From the UHGV virus genome UHGV-0110022: DNA of 48,769 nt; one strand, 5' to 3'. The stretch is from a virus. Under the pieces are notes generated by a model. The model was not told where the DNA came from. It saw only the letters and a list, made by a program, of their open reading frames with translations, and did no database searches. The translations under genes and the position numbers were made by a program. Shown here one piece after another: positions 28,463 through 38,343 of this stretch; positions within the stretch are counted from its first letter, which is position 1; each line of letters starts with the position of its first letter.

Positions 28463-29538
28463 ACGACAATGTCACGCTACGGGTAAATGGCCGGGAGTGG
28501 AATGGCTGGACATCGGTGCGCATCGGTGCCGGTATTGAACGGCTGGCGCGGGATTTCAGCGTGGAGATCACCCGCCAGTGGCCGGGAGATGAGGGTATCA
28601 CCACGCTTCAGCCGCGCATTAAAAATGGTTCAAAAGTGGAAGTGCTGATTGGTGATGAGCTGGTGATCACCGGCTGGGTGGAGGCGACCCCCGTTCGTTA
28701 CGATGCCCGTTCGGTCAGCACCGGTATTGCCGGACGTAGTCTGACTGCTGACCTGATTGACTGTGCAGCCGAACCGACACAGTTTAACGGACGATCGCTG
28801 GTACAGATTGCGCAGGCGCTTGCTGCGCCTTTCGGCATTGAGGTGGTGAACAGCGATGCGCCGTCGGGTGTTATTCCGGATGTCCAGCCTGATCACGGTG
28901 AAACGGTGATCGAGGTGATCAACAAAATACTCGGTCAGCAGCAGGCGCTGGCTTATGACGACCCGCACGGCAGGCTGGTGATTGGTGGTATTGGCTCAAC
29001 GCGGGCACATACCGCGCTGGTACTTGGGGAAAACATCCTTTCCTGTGATACGGAGAAGAGTATCCGGGAGCGGTTTTCAGTTTACCAGGTGGCGGGGCAG
29101 CGTGCCGGAAACGACGATGATTTCGGTGAGGCCACCACCACCGCGCTGCGGGCCCGCACAGAGGATGCATTTATTGCCCGTTACCGTCCGATGTATATCA
29201 GGCAGACAGGGCAGGCTACGGGGGCAGGCTGTATTGCGCGTGCTGACTTTGAAGCCCGACAACGGGCGGCGCGGACGGATGAAACCACCTATGTGGTGCA
29301 GGGCTGGCGACAGGGTAACGGTACGCTGTGGCAGCCCAACCAGCGGGTGATTGTCTTCGATCCGGTCTGTGGTTTCGACAATACCGAACTGCTTGTCTCG
29401 GAAGTCACGTTTACTCAGGACCAGAATGGCACCCTGACGGAAATCCGTGTCGGCCCACCTGATGCTTATCTGCCTGAACCCGAAGCCCCCGGCGCGCGGA
29501 AAAAGAAAAAAGCCAGAGTACAGGAGGACCCGTTCTGA
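28459..29538 (+). CDS. baseplate hub protein (Mu gpP-like)
   Basis: Position and size in Mu-like baseplate cluster. Confidence 0.65.
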   Translation: MNDNVTLRVNGREWNGWTSVRIGAGIERLARDFSVEITRQWPGDEGITTLQPRIKNGSKVEVLIGDELVITGWVEATPVRYDARSVSTGIAGRSLTADLIDCAAEPTQFNGRSLVQIAQALAAPFGIEVVNSDAPSGVIPDVQPDHGETVIEVINKILGQQQALAYDDPHGRLVIGGIGSTRAHTALVLGENILSCDTEKSIRERFSVYQVAGQRAGNDDDFGEATTTALRARTEDAFIARYRPMYIRQTGQATGAGCIARADFEARQRAARTDETTYVVQGWRQGNGTLWQPNQRVIVFDPVCGFDNTELLVSEVTFTQDQNGTLTEIRVGPPDAYLPEPEAPGARKKKKARVQEDPF

Positions 29539-30086
29539 TGAAGGCGATTGAAACCATACAGCGACAACTCCTCGGCCTGATTGGGCGGGCGGTGGTGAAA
29601 AGCATCAGTGCCGCCACGAAATGTCAGACCGTGGATGTGTCCCTGATTGCCGGTGAACCCAAAGCCGGGGTTGAACATCTTGAACCCTACGGTTTTACCG
29701 CAAGGGCAAACAGCGGTGCGGAAGCGGTGGTGTTGTTTCCGGATGGTGACCGTTCTCATGCGGTGGTTGTTACGGTGTCGGACCGGCGCTACCGCCTGAA
29801 AGGGCTGCAGACGGGTGAGGTGGCTGTCTATGACGATCAGGGGCAGTCCGTGACGCTGACCCGGGCGGGGATCGTGGTGGACGGTGCAGGTAAAACGATC
29901 ACGTTTCGCAATGCGCCTAAGGCTCGTTTTGAAATGGACCTGGAAGTGACCGGACAGGTGAAAGACCTGTGCGACTCCAGCGGCACCACCATGTCAGCGA
30001 TGCGGCTTGCCTATAACGGGCATCGTCACAGAGAGAACGGTCAGGGCAGTAACACCGACAAACCTGATAAAGCGATGGAGGCATGA
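29538..30086 (+). CDS. baseplate assembly protein V (spike)
   Basis: gpV-like 182-aa protein; ATGA overlap. Confidence 0.75.
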   Translation: MKAIETIQRQLLGLIGRAVVKSISAATKCQTVDVSLIAGEPKAGVEHLEPYGFTARANSGAEAVVLFPDGDRSHAVVVTVSDRRYRLKGLQTGEVAVYDDQGQSVTLTRAGIVVDGAGKTITFRNAPKARFEMDLEVTGQVKDLCDSSGTTMSAMRLAYNGHRHRENGQGSNTDKPDKAMEA

Positions 30087-30511
30087 TGGAACTGTGGCTG
30101 ACGGTGAACGGTAAACGCACCTGCGCCAGCGCACCGATGGATCCGCTGACCCGTGCCGTGGTGATTTCCCTGTTCACCTGGCGGCGGGCTGAACCTGATG
30201 ACAATGCCGACGTCCCGATGGGATGGTGGGGGGATACCTGGCCTGCGGTACAGAATGACCGTTACGGCTCCCGACTGTGGCTGCTTCAGCGCAGCAAACT
30301 GACCAATCAGCTGGTGCAGACGGTAAGGGGGTATATCCGCGAATGCCTGCAATGGATGATTGATGACGGCGTGGTGTCCCGTATTGATCTGGATATCCGC
30401 CGCACCGGGATTAATGAACTGGGTAACAGTATCACTCTCTGGCGTCGTGACGGACCGGTAATGATTTCTTTTGATGATCTGTGGAGTGCGATAACGCATG
30501 GCGGACAGTGA
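30083..30511 (+). CDS. GP46-family baseplate protein
   Basis: Position between V and J-like genes. Confidence 0.6.
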   Translation: MMELWLTVNGKRTCASAPMDPLTRAVVISLFTWRRAEPDDNADVPMGWWGDTWPAVQNDRYGSRLWLLQRSKLTNQLVQTVRGYIRECLQWMIDDGVVSRIDLDIRRTGINELGNSITLWRRDGPVMISFDDLWSAITHGGQ

Positions 30512-31556
30512 ATTTCAGCGCCCGACGCTGGCAGAAAATATCAGTATGCTCCGTAACGATTTATTCGCCAGGCTGGACGTCAGCGACACGCTCCGGCGCA
30601 TGGATGAAGACGTGCGGGCAAAGGTGTATGCGGCGGCGCTGCATACGGTTTACGGTTACATCGATTATCTGGCAATGAACATGCTGCCTGACCTGTGCGA
30701 TGAGTCCTGGCTGGCGCGACATGCTGCGATGAAACGGTGTCCGCGCAAGGGAGCCACGGCTGCCAGTGGGTATATGCGCTGGGAAGGTGTCAGCGATGGC
30801 CTGAAGGTGACCGCCGGGAGTGTTATTCAGCGCGATGACCTGGTGCAGTACACGACAACTGACGATGCAACCAGCTCCGGTGGTGTCCTGCGCGTGCCGA
30901 TCGCCTGCTCAAGTGCAGGTGCGGTCGGTAACGCTGACGACGGTACGGCATTAATCCTGGTCACGCCGGTGAATGGTCTGCCGTCTTCCGGTGTGGCTGA
31001 CACCCTGACAGGCGGATTTGATACTGAAGAGCTGGAAACGTGGCGCGCCCGCGTCATTGAGCGGTATTACTGGACGCCGCAGGGCGGGGCTGACGGGGAC
31101 TATGTTGTCTGGGCTAAAGAAGTGCCCGGCATTACCCGCGCATGGACATACCGTCACTGGATGGGAACGGGAACTGTCGGTGTGATGATTGCCAGCAGTG
31201 ACCTGATTAATCCCATTCCGGAAGAATCAACGGAAACGGCGGCAAGACAACATATCGAGCCACTGGCCCCGGTGGCAGGCTCTGATTTGTATGTGTTCAG
31301 GCCGGTGGCACATACGGTGGATTTTCATATCCGTGTGACGCCGGACACACCGGAAATACGGGCTGCCATCACCGCGGAGTTGCGTTCGTTCCTGCTGCGT
31401 GATGGTTATCCGCAGGGAGAACTGAAGGTATCGCGTATCAGTGAGGCGATTTCCGGTGCGAACGGGGAATACAGCCATCAGTTGCTTGCACCGGCAGACA
31501 ATATCTCCATTGCAAAAAATGAACTGGCGGTACTGGGGACGATTTCATGGACGTGA
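30498..31556 (+). CDS. baseplate J-like protein
   Basis: 352 aa at the expected position. Confidence 0.8.
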   Translation: MADSEFQRPTLAENISMLRNDLFARLDVSDTLRRMDEDVRAKVYAAALHTVYGYIDYLAMNMLPDLCDESWLARHAAMKRCPRKGATAASGYMRWEGVSDGLKVTAGSVIQRDDLVQYTTTDDATSSGGVLRVPIACSSAGAVGNADDGTALILVTPVNGLPSSGVADTLTGGFDTEELETWRARVIERYYWTPQGGADGDYVVWAKEVPGITRAWTYRHWMGTGTVGVMIASSDLINPIPEESTETAARQHIEPLAPVAGSDLYVFRPVAHTVDFHIRVTPDTPEIRAAITAELRSFLLRDGYPQGELKVSRISEAISGANGEYSHQLLAPADNISIAKNELAVLGTISWT

Positions 31557-32131
31557 CAAACGATGATTACATCCGTCTGTTGTCGGCACTGTTGCCCCTC
31601 GGTCCGGCGTGGTCAGCCAGCGATCCGGCGATTGCCGGTGCGGCACCGTCATTAACCCGCGTTCATCAGCGTGCGGATGCCCTGATGCGGGAGCTGGATC
31701 CGCGCACCACCACTGAACTGATAAACCGCTGGGAGCGTCTGTGCGGTCTGCCGGATGAATGTATTCCCGCAGGGACACAGACCCTTCGCCAGCGTCAGCA
31801 ACGGCTGGATGCGAAGGTTAACCTGGCGGGCGGCATCAACGAGGATTTTTACCTTGCACAGCTTGCTGCCCTGGGCAGACCAGATGCCACCATCACGCGA
31901 TACGACAAAAGCACGTTCACCTGCTCATCGGCCTGTACTGACGCGGTGAATGCGCCGGAATGGCGGTATTACTGGCAGGTCAACATGCCAGCCGCCACCA
32001 ACACCACCTGGATGACATGTGGCGATCCCTGTGATTCCGCACTGCGTATCTGGGGGGACACCATTGTCGAGTGCGTGCTTAACAAACTCTGTCCGTCTCA
32101 TACCTACGTAATTTTTAAATATCCGGAGTAA
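31547..32131 (+). CDS. tail protein YmfQ-like (DUF2313, gp48 family)
   Basis: 194 aa, same size and position as e14 YmfQ upstream of the tail fibre. Confidence 0.6.
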   Translation: MDVTNDDYIRLLSALLPLGPAWSASDPAIAGAAPSLTRVHQRADALMRELDPRTTTELINRWERLCGLPDECIPAGTQTLRQRQQRLDAKVNLAGGINEDFYLAQLAALGRPDATITRYDKSTFTCSSACTDAVNAPEWRYYWQVNMPAATNTTWMTCGDPCDSALRIWGDTIVECVLNKLCPSHTYVIFKYPE

Positions 32132-32134
32132 TCC

Positions 32135-32884
32135 ATGCATCGCATAGACACGAAAACCGCGCAGAAGGATAAGTTCGGCGCGGGTAAGAACGGTTTTACC
32201 CGTGGTAACCCCCAGACCGGCACGCCTGCCACCGATCTGGATGATGACTACTTTGACATGTTGCAGGAAGAGCTTTGCAGCGTGGTGGAGGCATCCGGTG
32301 CCAGTCTGGAGAAGGGGCGGCACGACCAGTTGCTTACCGCGCTTCGTGCGCTGCTGTTAAGCCGCAAGAATCCGTTTGGCGATATCAAATCGGATGGCTC
32401 AGTGAAAACGGCTCTCGAAAACCTTGGTTTGGGAGAAGGCTCTGCATTACCTGTTGGTGTGCCTGTTCCATGGCCTTCAGCCACACCGCCAACAGGCTGG
32501 CTGAAATGCAACGGTGCGGCATTTTCTGCTGAAGAATACCCGGAACTGGCAAAGGCTTACCCGACAAATAAATTGCCTGATTTACGTGGTGAGTTCATTC
32601 GTGGCTGGGATGACGGAAGAGGAATAGATACTAACCGTAGCTTGCTTTCATCACAGGGCGATGCCATTCGAAATATAATTGGTGCATTAGTGGATGTCAG
32701 GTTTAATAACTACCCTTCTGATTCTGGCGTTTTTACAACCAGCGTCATCGGAGATGCTTCATCTGATTCAATTAAAGGTGGTTATGCAAAGCGAGTAACA
32801 TTCGATGCTTCCAGAGTTGTTCCAACTGCAAACGAAAACCGACCTCGTAACATTTCCTTTAATTATATCGTGAGGGCTGCCTGA
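32135..32884 (+). CDS. tail fibre protein (constant N-terminus plus currently expressed variable C-terminus)
   Basis: Conserved tail-fibre N-terminus ([40 protein letters not shown]); contains inversion crossover site at 32412-32437. Confidence 0.8.
   Translation: MHRIDTKTAQKDKFGAGKNGFTRGNPQTGTPATDLDDDYFDMLQEELCSVVEASGASLEKGRHDQLLTALRALLLSRKNPFGDIKSDGSVKTALENLGLGEGSALPVGVPVPWPSATPPTGWLKCNGAAFSAEEYPELAKAYPTNKLPDLRGEFIRGWDDGRGIDTNRSLLSSQGDAIRNIIGALVDVRFNNYPSDSGVFTTSVIGDASSDSIKGGYAKRVTFDASRVVPTANENRPRNISFNYIVRAA
32412..32437. repeat. Pin recombination site (left inverted repeat, gix/hix-like)
   Basis: CTCGAAAACCTTGGTTTGGGAGAA; inverted match to 34237-34262 (shared TTGGTTTGGGAGAAG). Confidence 0.65.
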
Positions 32885-33486
32885 TGAATAAAGTTGTCTT
32901 AAATAACGAACTCATTGCCATAAAAGCGGGAGACATAACCGTTTATAATTATGATGGTGAAACGCGGGAATATATTTCCACATCAACAGAATATCTTGCC
33001 ATTGGTGTCGGCATTCCGGCATGTTCCTGTTTAGATGCCCCTAGCCCATACAAAACTGGTTATGCAATTTGCCGTTCTGAAGATTTTAACTCGTGGATAT
33101 ATGTGCCAGACCATCGTGGTGAAATTGTCTATAGCACTGAAACAGGAGAATCAAAAGAAATCACAGCTCCGGGTGATTATCCTGAAAATACAACCACTAT
33201 CGTCCCATTAACGCCATACGATAAATGGGATGGTGAGAAATGGGTGACAGATACTGAGGCACAATATGGTGCCGCAGTAAAAGCGGCAGAAGTACAGCGA
33301 CAGTCACTAATTGATACTGCAATGGCTTCCATTAGTCTGATTCAACTGAAATTGCAGGCCGGGAGGAAGCTGACGCAGACAGAAACCACCCGACTAAACG
33401 CTGTGCTGGATTACATTGACGCGGTGACGGCAACGGATACCAGCACCGCGCCGGATGTCATCTGGCCTGAACTGCCGGAGGAGTAG
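32884..33486 (+). CDS. tail fibre assembly protein (currently expressed orientation)
   Basis: C-terminal Tfa motif LDYIDAVTATDTSTAPDVIWPELP. Confidence 0.8.
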   Translation: MNKVVLNNELIAIKAGDITVYNYDGETREYISTSTEYLAIGVGIPACSCLDAPSPYKTGYAICRSEDFNSWIYVPDHRGEIVYSTETGESKEITAPGDYPENTTTIVPLTPYDKWDGEKWVTDTEAQYGAAVKAAEVQRQSLIDTAMASISLIQLKLQAGRKLTQTETTRLNAVLDYIDAVTATDTSTAPDVIWPELPEE

Positions 33487-33889
33487 GCCATTCAATATCT
33501 GGCGCACCAGAAGTATCGACCAGTTCCAGTGCGTCCAGATAATCCAGCCACAAATTATATTGCGCCAGTTCCTCACCTTTCAGACGACCAATCGCCGCTT
33601 TACCAGGCCATTGTTTACTGTTCATGTATTCGTTGGCCTGATTAACTAATCGCTGTTTATTTGATTCAGCGATTGAGATTAATTCTTCGCTGGTAAGTGG
33701 TGGCGCATCCTGCCATGCTGGAAAACCATTTTTATCTGAACCAAGTATTTTACCATCAGGCCATGCAACTCCTGCGAACTCAGAATAAATAGTAAAGTTT
33801 ATTTTCGTAGCGTTCTCAGGAATGGTTTGGCTATCTGGTGAAATATAAAATCCCGAATCAGAGGGATTAAAATAATATGTCTTTTCCAT
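33458..33889 (-). CDS. alternative tail fibre assembly protein
   Basis: C-terminal Tfa motif LDYLDALELVDTSGAPDIEWPTPP; convergent with the plus-strand tfa. Confidence 0.75.
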   Translation of the reverse strand: MEKTYYFNPSDSGFYISPDSQTIPENATKINFTIYSEFAGVAWPDGKILGSDKNGFPAWQDAPPLTSEELISIAESNKQRLVNQANEYMNSKQWPGKAAIGRLKGEELAQYNLWLDYLDALELVDTSGAPDIEWPTPPAVQAR

Positions 33890-33891
33890 AG

Positions 33892-34262
33892 TTAATACCC
33901 CACTGCCATCCAGTAAATTGAATTTGTTGTAGCAGAAGTGTAAGTAAATCTGATTTTAGTTCTGTTGGTACTTCCAATATCAAAGCCCACAGAACGGGCA
34001 GAAGGATCATTAGTTGAAATAAGAGCGTTTACCGAACGACAAGCAGCAGGGAAAGCTACAGGTAATGTTATATCAACTGTTCCAACACTTCCTCCGGTTG
34101 GTGAGACAGAAAAACTCCCCCATTGAATAATCATCCCCCCAGGTAATTTCTGGTATCCATTGGCGGTCAATGAGTTACCAAAGTTGTTCATATCCGGTAC
34201 CTGATTTTCTCCTGTCCCCACATTCCGTTTTGCCGCTTCTCCCAAACCAACGTTTATGAAAA
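33892..34262 (-). CDS. promoterless alternative tail-fibre C-terminal segment
   Basis: Open frame runs through the right recombination site (..INVGLGEAAK..) matching ..[10 protein letters not shown].. at the left site, so inversion would fuse it to the constant N-terminus. Confidence 0.55.
34237..34262. repeat. Pin recombination site (right inverted repeat)
   Basis: TTCTCCCAAACCAACGTTTATGAAAA; internal dyad symmetry typical of Hin/Gin-family sites. Confidence 0.65.
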
Positions 34263-34316
34263 TGCAGAAATAACGAGCAAATGGCATCATTCCTGCTTTT
34301 GTCAGAGGGATCCACT

Positions 34317-34871
34317 ATGCTTATTGGCTATGTACGCGTATCAACAAATGACCAGAACACCGATCTACAACGTAATGCGTTGAACTGTGCAGGATGCGAG
34401 CTGATTTTTGAAGACAAGATAAGCGGCACAAAGTCCGAAAGACCAGGATTGAAAAAACTGCTAAGGACATTATCGGCAGGTGACACACTGGTTGTCTGGA
34501 AGCTGGATCGGCTGGGGCGTAGTATGCGGCATCTGGTCATTCTGGTTGAGGAGTTGCGCGAACGTGGCGTTAATTTTCGCAGCCTGACGGATGCTATTGA
34601 TACCAGCACACCGATGGGGCGTTTTTTCTTTCATGTGATGGGTGCCCTGGCTGAAATGGAACGAGAACTGATTGTTGAACGAACAAAAGCTGGACTGGAA
34701 GCTGCTCGCGCACAGGGACGAATTGGGGGACGTCGTCCCAAACTTACACCAGAACAATGGGCGCAGGCCGGACGATTAATTGCAGCAGGAATTCCTCGCC
34801 AGAAGGTGGCGATCATCTATGATGTTGGTGTATCGACACTGTATAAGAAGTTTCCGGTCGGAGATAAATGA
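34317..34871 (+). CDS. pin: serine DNA invertase (Pin/Gin/Hin family)
   Basis: N-terminal MLIGYVRVSTNDQNTDLQ with catalytic Ser, C-terminal HTH; 184 aa. Confidence 0.85.
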   Translation: MLIGYVRVSTNDQNTDLQRNALNCAGCELIFEDKISGTKSERPGLKKLLRTLSAGDTLVVWKLDRLGRSMRHLVILVEELRERGVNFRSLTDAIDTSTPMGRFFFHVMGALAEMERELIVERTKAGLEAARAQGRIGGRRPKLTPEQWAQAGRLIAAGIPRQKVAIIYDVGVSTLYKKFPVGDK

Positions 34872-35197
34872 AACCGCAGGCTCGTCGTATGCAAGAAAGT
34901 GCTGCGGCTGGCTGGCCAGCTTCTGATAGTGCGAATATTGAATGATTTCTATCTGTTATAGATTTTACCGTATTTCGGCATGAATGAAACTGAATATCCT
35001 CCCACCGATTCTTCATGACTTTACGCCACTGTCTCTAGGGCTGCTATGTGCCAAAAGCAGACTGACTAACTCAATAGTGGGTCAGTCAAAATGAGGGATA
35101 CGTCGACTCCTGTTACTGTTATCAATTATATTGTAGAATCAGAAAGCAGGCGTCAAAGACCTTAAATATTATTCGATACCTTAGGGATGTAAGTGAT

Positions 35198-35680
35198 ATG
35201 CTCGACAATATGAATGAATATGAGGAATTCTTGTTCCATAGGATTGATGATTCGGATTTATTGACAGGATTTGTTATTGGCCATTTAGTGATTGAACATC
35301 TTCTTGAAGAGATAATTCTAGGCTATGACATCAAGCTCAGAAAACATTTTCTTACATTGAGTCATAGTAAAAAAATAAACTTCATAAATTCTTTGGAACT
35401 AATACCTGATAACGTAGCAAGTTGTTTGCAAAGTATTAACAAAATAAGAAATAAATTTGCTCATCAATTAGGTTACAAGCCGAATAAAGGTGATTTATTG
35501 AACCTAATTGAGCAATGTATAGATAGTTTTAACGATATGACCGACGGACTTGAACAACTTCATGGTGCTCTAAAACAATGTGATGATCTACTTGAAACAC
35601 AAGAAAAAGACGGAGTTGGGCTAGCTGATCTCTTTATACAAGTGGTCTACGATCTAGAGGGGTACGCCAAAAAATATTGA
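35198..35680 (+). CDS. HEPN-motif protein (160 aa), candidate abortive-infection/RNase-type cargo
   Basis: R-x4-H motif in IRNKFAHQ; AT-rich; lies between invertase and att fragment. Confidence 0.45.
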   Translation: MLDNMNEYEEFLFHRIDDSDLLTGFVIGHLVIEHLLEEIILGYDIKLRKHFLTLSHSKKINFINSLELIPDNVASCLQSINKIRNKFAHQLGYKPNKGDLLNLIEQCIDSFNDMTDGLEQLHGALKQCDDLLETQEKDGVGLADLFIQVVYDLEGYAKKY

Positions 35681-35893
35681 GTCATTATTCTTGGGGTAGC
35701 CCTCCAATTCGGTGACGCATATTTTTGTTAGTTATTGGTATTAACAGGTAACTGCCGCTTCTCGCTCATAGCGAAACTTAAACCTAGTAAACTCGTCAGC
35801 TCCGTGCCAGGATCGGAAGTTGCAAAGTTTCGGCATTTTATGCCAGTGAGTTCCTAATTTCTAATCAACCTCTTCATTATAGGAGTTAGTAAA

Positions 35894-36103
35894 TTGAAAA
35901 TCGATTGGCATAGCTCATTACTGACCAGTAACAATAGCATGGATAAAAACTATAAAAATACACAAAACGTTCGTCTTTTCATGATTAAGGAATGTGGTGA
36001 AGATTTTCGATTCGATCGTGAATTTATGATGTGGATACGTAATGATGATCCGAAAACTTTGGGTGATGTTATCAATGAGTGGAAACGCAGACATTCGTTT
36101 TAA
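35894..36103 (+). CDS. hypothetical protein (69 aa, TTG start)
   Basis: AGGAG RBS 8 nt before TTG; AT-rich. Confidence 0.35.
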   Translation: MKIDWHSSLLTSNNSMDKNYKNTQNVRLFMIKECGEDFRFDREFMMWIRNDDPKTLGDVINEWKRRHSF

Positions 36104-36382
36104 TAAGCCAAGCCCGCTTTTCGCTCATAACAGACATTCACTACAGTTATGGTAGAAGGTATGCATGCTGGGTGGGGAAAGTATGAAGGAAAAGAAGACT
36201 GCTGCGCCGTTTGTCGTCACATTTATCTTCATTGGCTATGCAAGTCGTAATACAAGGTGGGACAAAACTGAGACACATAAGGCCTCGCAATGACTTGCAA
36301 GGCTTTACATGTTTTGATGTGGTGGGACGTGTGAGCGCAGTGTTGATGGGGTAATGCTTTGAATTAGAAGCGGATTCTTATA

Positions 36383-36428
36383 ATTCGTAATGCGAAGGTC
36401 GTAGGTTCGACTCCTATTATCGGCACCA
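36383..36428 (+). tRNA. thrW: tRNA-Thr 3' fragment (anticodon loop to CCA end); prophage att core / attR-like
   Basis: ATTCGTAATGCGAAGGTCGTAGGTTCGACTCCTATTATCGGCACCA matches the 3' part of tRNA-Thr(CGU) as recalled; 5' acceptor strand GCCGATA absent upstream. Confidence 0.65.
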
Positions 36429-37008
36429 TCAACAGAAAATCCCGTAAAAACAGCATTCTTTAGCATGTTTATCTAACGGTTTGTAACTTCTGTTCTAACG
36501 TCTGTTAGCACTGGTAAACGCCTTTGCGTTGTATCGGCTCAAGTATTGTACAACGTACTGGCGGGTAGTTACCAGGCTCAAGCCCGAACAGCATTAGAAA
36601 TTATGCCATCCCTTGAAGCTAAAAGAGTTGCCGGACTCTCTAAACACATCACTTGAACCCTTAGCGATACGTTCCGCGCTTCGTGCGGCGCTCAATGATG
36701 CTACACGTCGAGATGACGTTGCAGAAAATAAACAGGCGTAATGTTGGGAAGACTAACCGGATCGGGAAAGAATCCGGCTCTGCCACGGTTTCGATCACCG
36801 GAGTATAACGATCACCTGATAAGAGAACGTGCTAAGGCTTTATCCTCCCTGCGAAGGGATTACACCCTGCGGAAGCGCTACGCGCCGCCTTTTCTTATGT
36901 GCCCAACACGGCACGTAATGGTCATCCATTATCTGCACCATTGTAACTTTCGTTGTACTGCCTCTCTGATGTACGTTGAGCGCTGGCAGATTCAGCGGAG
37001 GGGATATC

Positions 37009-37167
37009 ATGTCAAAAGCTAACCAAAAAGCAGCCACGAAGCGCAACAACCGTAAGATTCACGCCCGTAAATTCCTGGCAACACCAGAGGGGAAAGCCTG
37101 GCTTGCTAAGAAGCAGGAAGAGCGAGAGGAAATCAAGTTGGCGCGAGCTGCAAACTTGATGTTTTGA
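37009..37167 (+). CDS. small basic protein (52 aa)
   Basis: GGAGGGG RBS 5 nt before ATG. Confidence 0.4.
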   Translation: MSKANQKAATKRNNRKIHARKFLATPEGKAWLAKKQEEREEIKLARAANLMF

Positions 37168-37178
37168 GATGGGGCTAA

Positions 37179-37979
37179 TCAGCCCCTATTGCCCCTATGC
37201 TTTTTTTCGAATCTTGTCACAACTCTATCCAACCATTTGGGTTCTTCTCTAAGATCTGAGTAGTAACAATTTTCTGGAACCGCGTTCCAGAAAGCAGTTA
37301 TTGCGTTAGCAAAATCTACAAATTGATCTTCTGAGACATGTAAATCGTCATGGTTAGGGACAATCTGCGTGCCTCTAACATCGGTGGGGTTTGGGTAATA
37401 CTCAGGATGATCAACTGATAGTGTTTGATGTGCAGGGCCGTCTCCATGCTTGTATACGTTTACCACCAAGTTACAGGCTTTTATCCTTTCTCCGTATTCG
37501 GTTCCATTGATTGTGAGGCCAATCCATTCGAGCAAATCAATTAGCTGATGGAAAGTTAAATTCCAGATCATGGGGGTAATCAATTCTCTTTCACACCAAT
37601 TACTTAGCTCTTTGATAGTATGTTCTCTTAGTTTTTTATCAAACTGATGATACATACCTGCTGTCAACGCCAACAATACGGTATTTTGCATCTCCAGAAG
37701 CGACCATACATAATAAATTCCCTCATGATAGGCTTGCTCGTAGGCCGCCATTGGGTCATCGTTATCTTGATCAAAATACTCAGCAGTAGTCTCCAAAAAC
37801 TGTTGTTCTCTCTTCTCTGCTTCTTGTTCTAAATCACCAAACTGAGAGAGAAGCCGCCGCCTTGCCTCAGAAACGTAAAATTCATGGGGTTCAAGAAAGT
37901 ATGGAAGATCGGCTCTGGCTAACCAGAAGGTGACAAAATTTTCAGTAGACATACATTTCCTCAATGAAGCGATAGACAT
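37179..37979 (-). CDS. hypothetical protein (266 aa)
   Basis: Long ORF; no recognisable motif; start uncertain. Confidence 0.45.
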   Translation of the reverse strand: MSIASLRKCMSTENFVTFWLARADLPYFLEPHEFYVSEARRRLLSQFGDLEQEAEKREQQFLETTAEYFDQDNDDPMAAYEQAYHEGIYYVWSLLEMQNTVLLALTAGMYHQFDKKLREHTIKELSNWCERELITPMIWNLTFHQLIDLLEWIGLTINGTEYGERIKACNLVVNVYKHGDGPAHQTLSVDHPEYYPNPTDVRGTQIVPNHDDLHVSEDQFVDFANAITAFWNAVPENCYYSDLREEPKWLDRVVTRFEKKHRGNRG

Positions 37980-38115
37980 TTTGAGGTTATGTTATCTTCG
38001 GTGAGGGTTAAAATCCTCAACTGATTCAATGGAATTGTCATTTGGTTTGAAATGCGGTAAAAGAATAAAATTCGTAATGTACGCTTTGCAGAAACAATCT
38101 GAAAATGAGGTGGTT

Positions 38116-38343
38116 ATGAGTGAACGTTACGAATTTTTACCCAATTGCTTCCTGAAAGTCTCTATCTCATCGGGTTACTTTACTGCCATCCTTGATGGTT
38201 CGCTTCCTCCTGATACCCCTGGTTCTGTTCATGCTGATAATGCCACGCAAGTCATAATCGTACTCGATTCCTACTTCCAATTGACTGACTTACAGCATCA
38301 AGGAATTGCTAATTATCTTTGCTCTCAAGGGATGGAACTTTGA
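38116..38343 (+). CDS. hypothetical protein (75 aa)
   Basis: GAGG RBS before ATG 38116. Confidence 0.3.
   Translation: MSERYEFLPNCFLKVSISSGYFTAILDGSLPPDTPGSVHADNATQVIIVLDSYFQLTDLQHQGIANYLCSQGMEL

Larger units (their letters stand above)
32412..34262. mobile_element. invertible tail-fibre segment (G-segment-like host-range switch)
   Basis: About 1.85-kb segment bounded by inverted sites, containing two alternative fibre C-termini and two divergent tail-fibre-assembly genes, adjacent to a serine invertase. Confidence 0.7.

Noticed and set aside
33892-34290. 132-aa minus-strand ORF as an independently expressed gene starting at 34290
   Set aside because: Its listed start lies beyond the recombination site and has no promoter or RBS context; more consistent with a silent alternative tail-fibre C-terminus activated by inversion.
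36383-36428. A complete functional tRNA gene
   Set aside because: The 5' acceptor strand, D-arm and anticodon 5' stem are missing; only the 3' 46 nt are present.
37171-37207. Bidirectional terminator between convergent genes
   Set aside because: The GGGGCT-aatc-AGCCCC hairpin is not followed by a U-tract on either strand (the T-run is 15 nt away and inside the minus-strand coding region).
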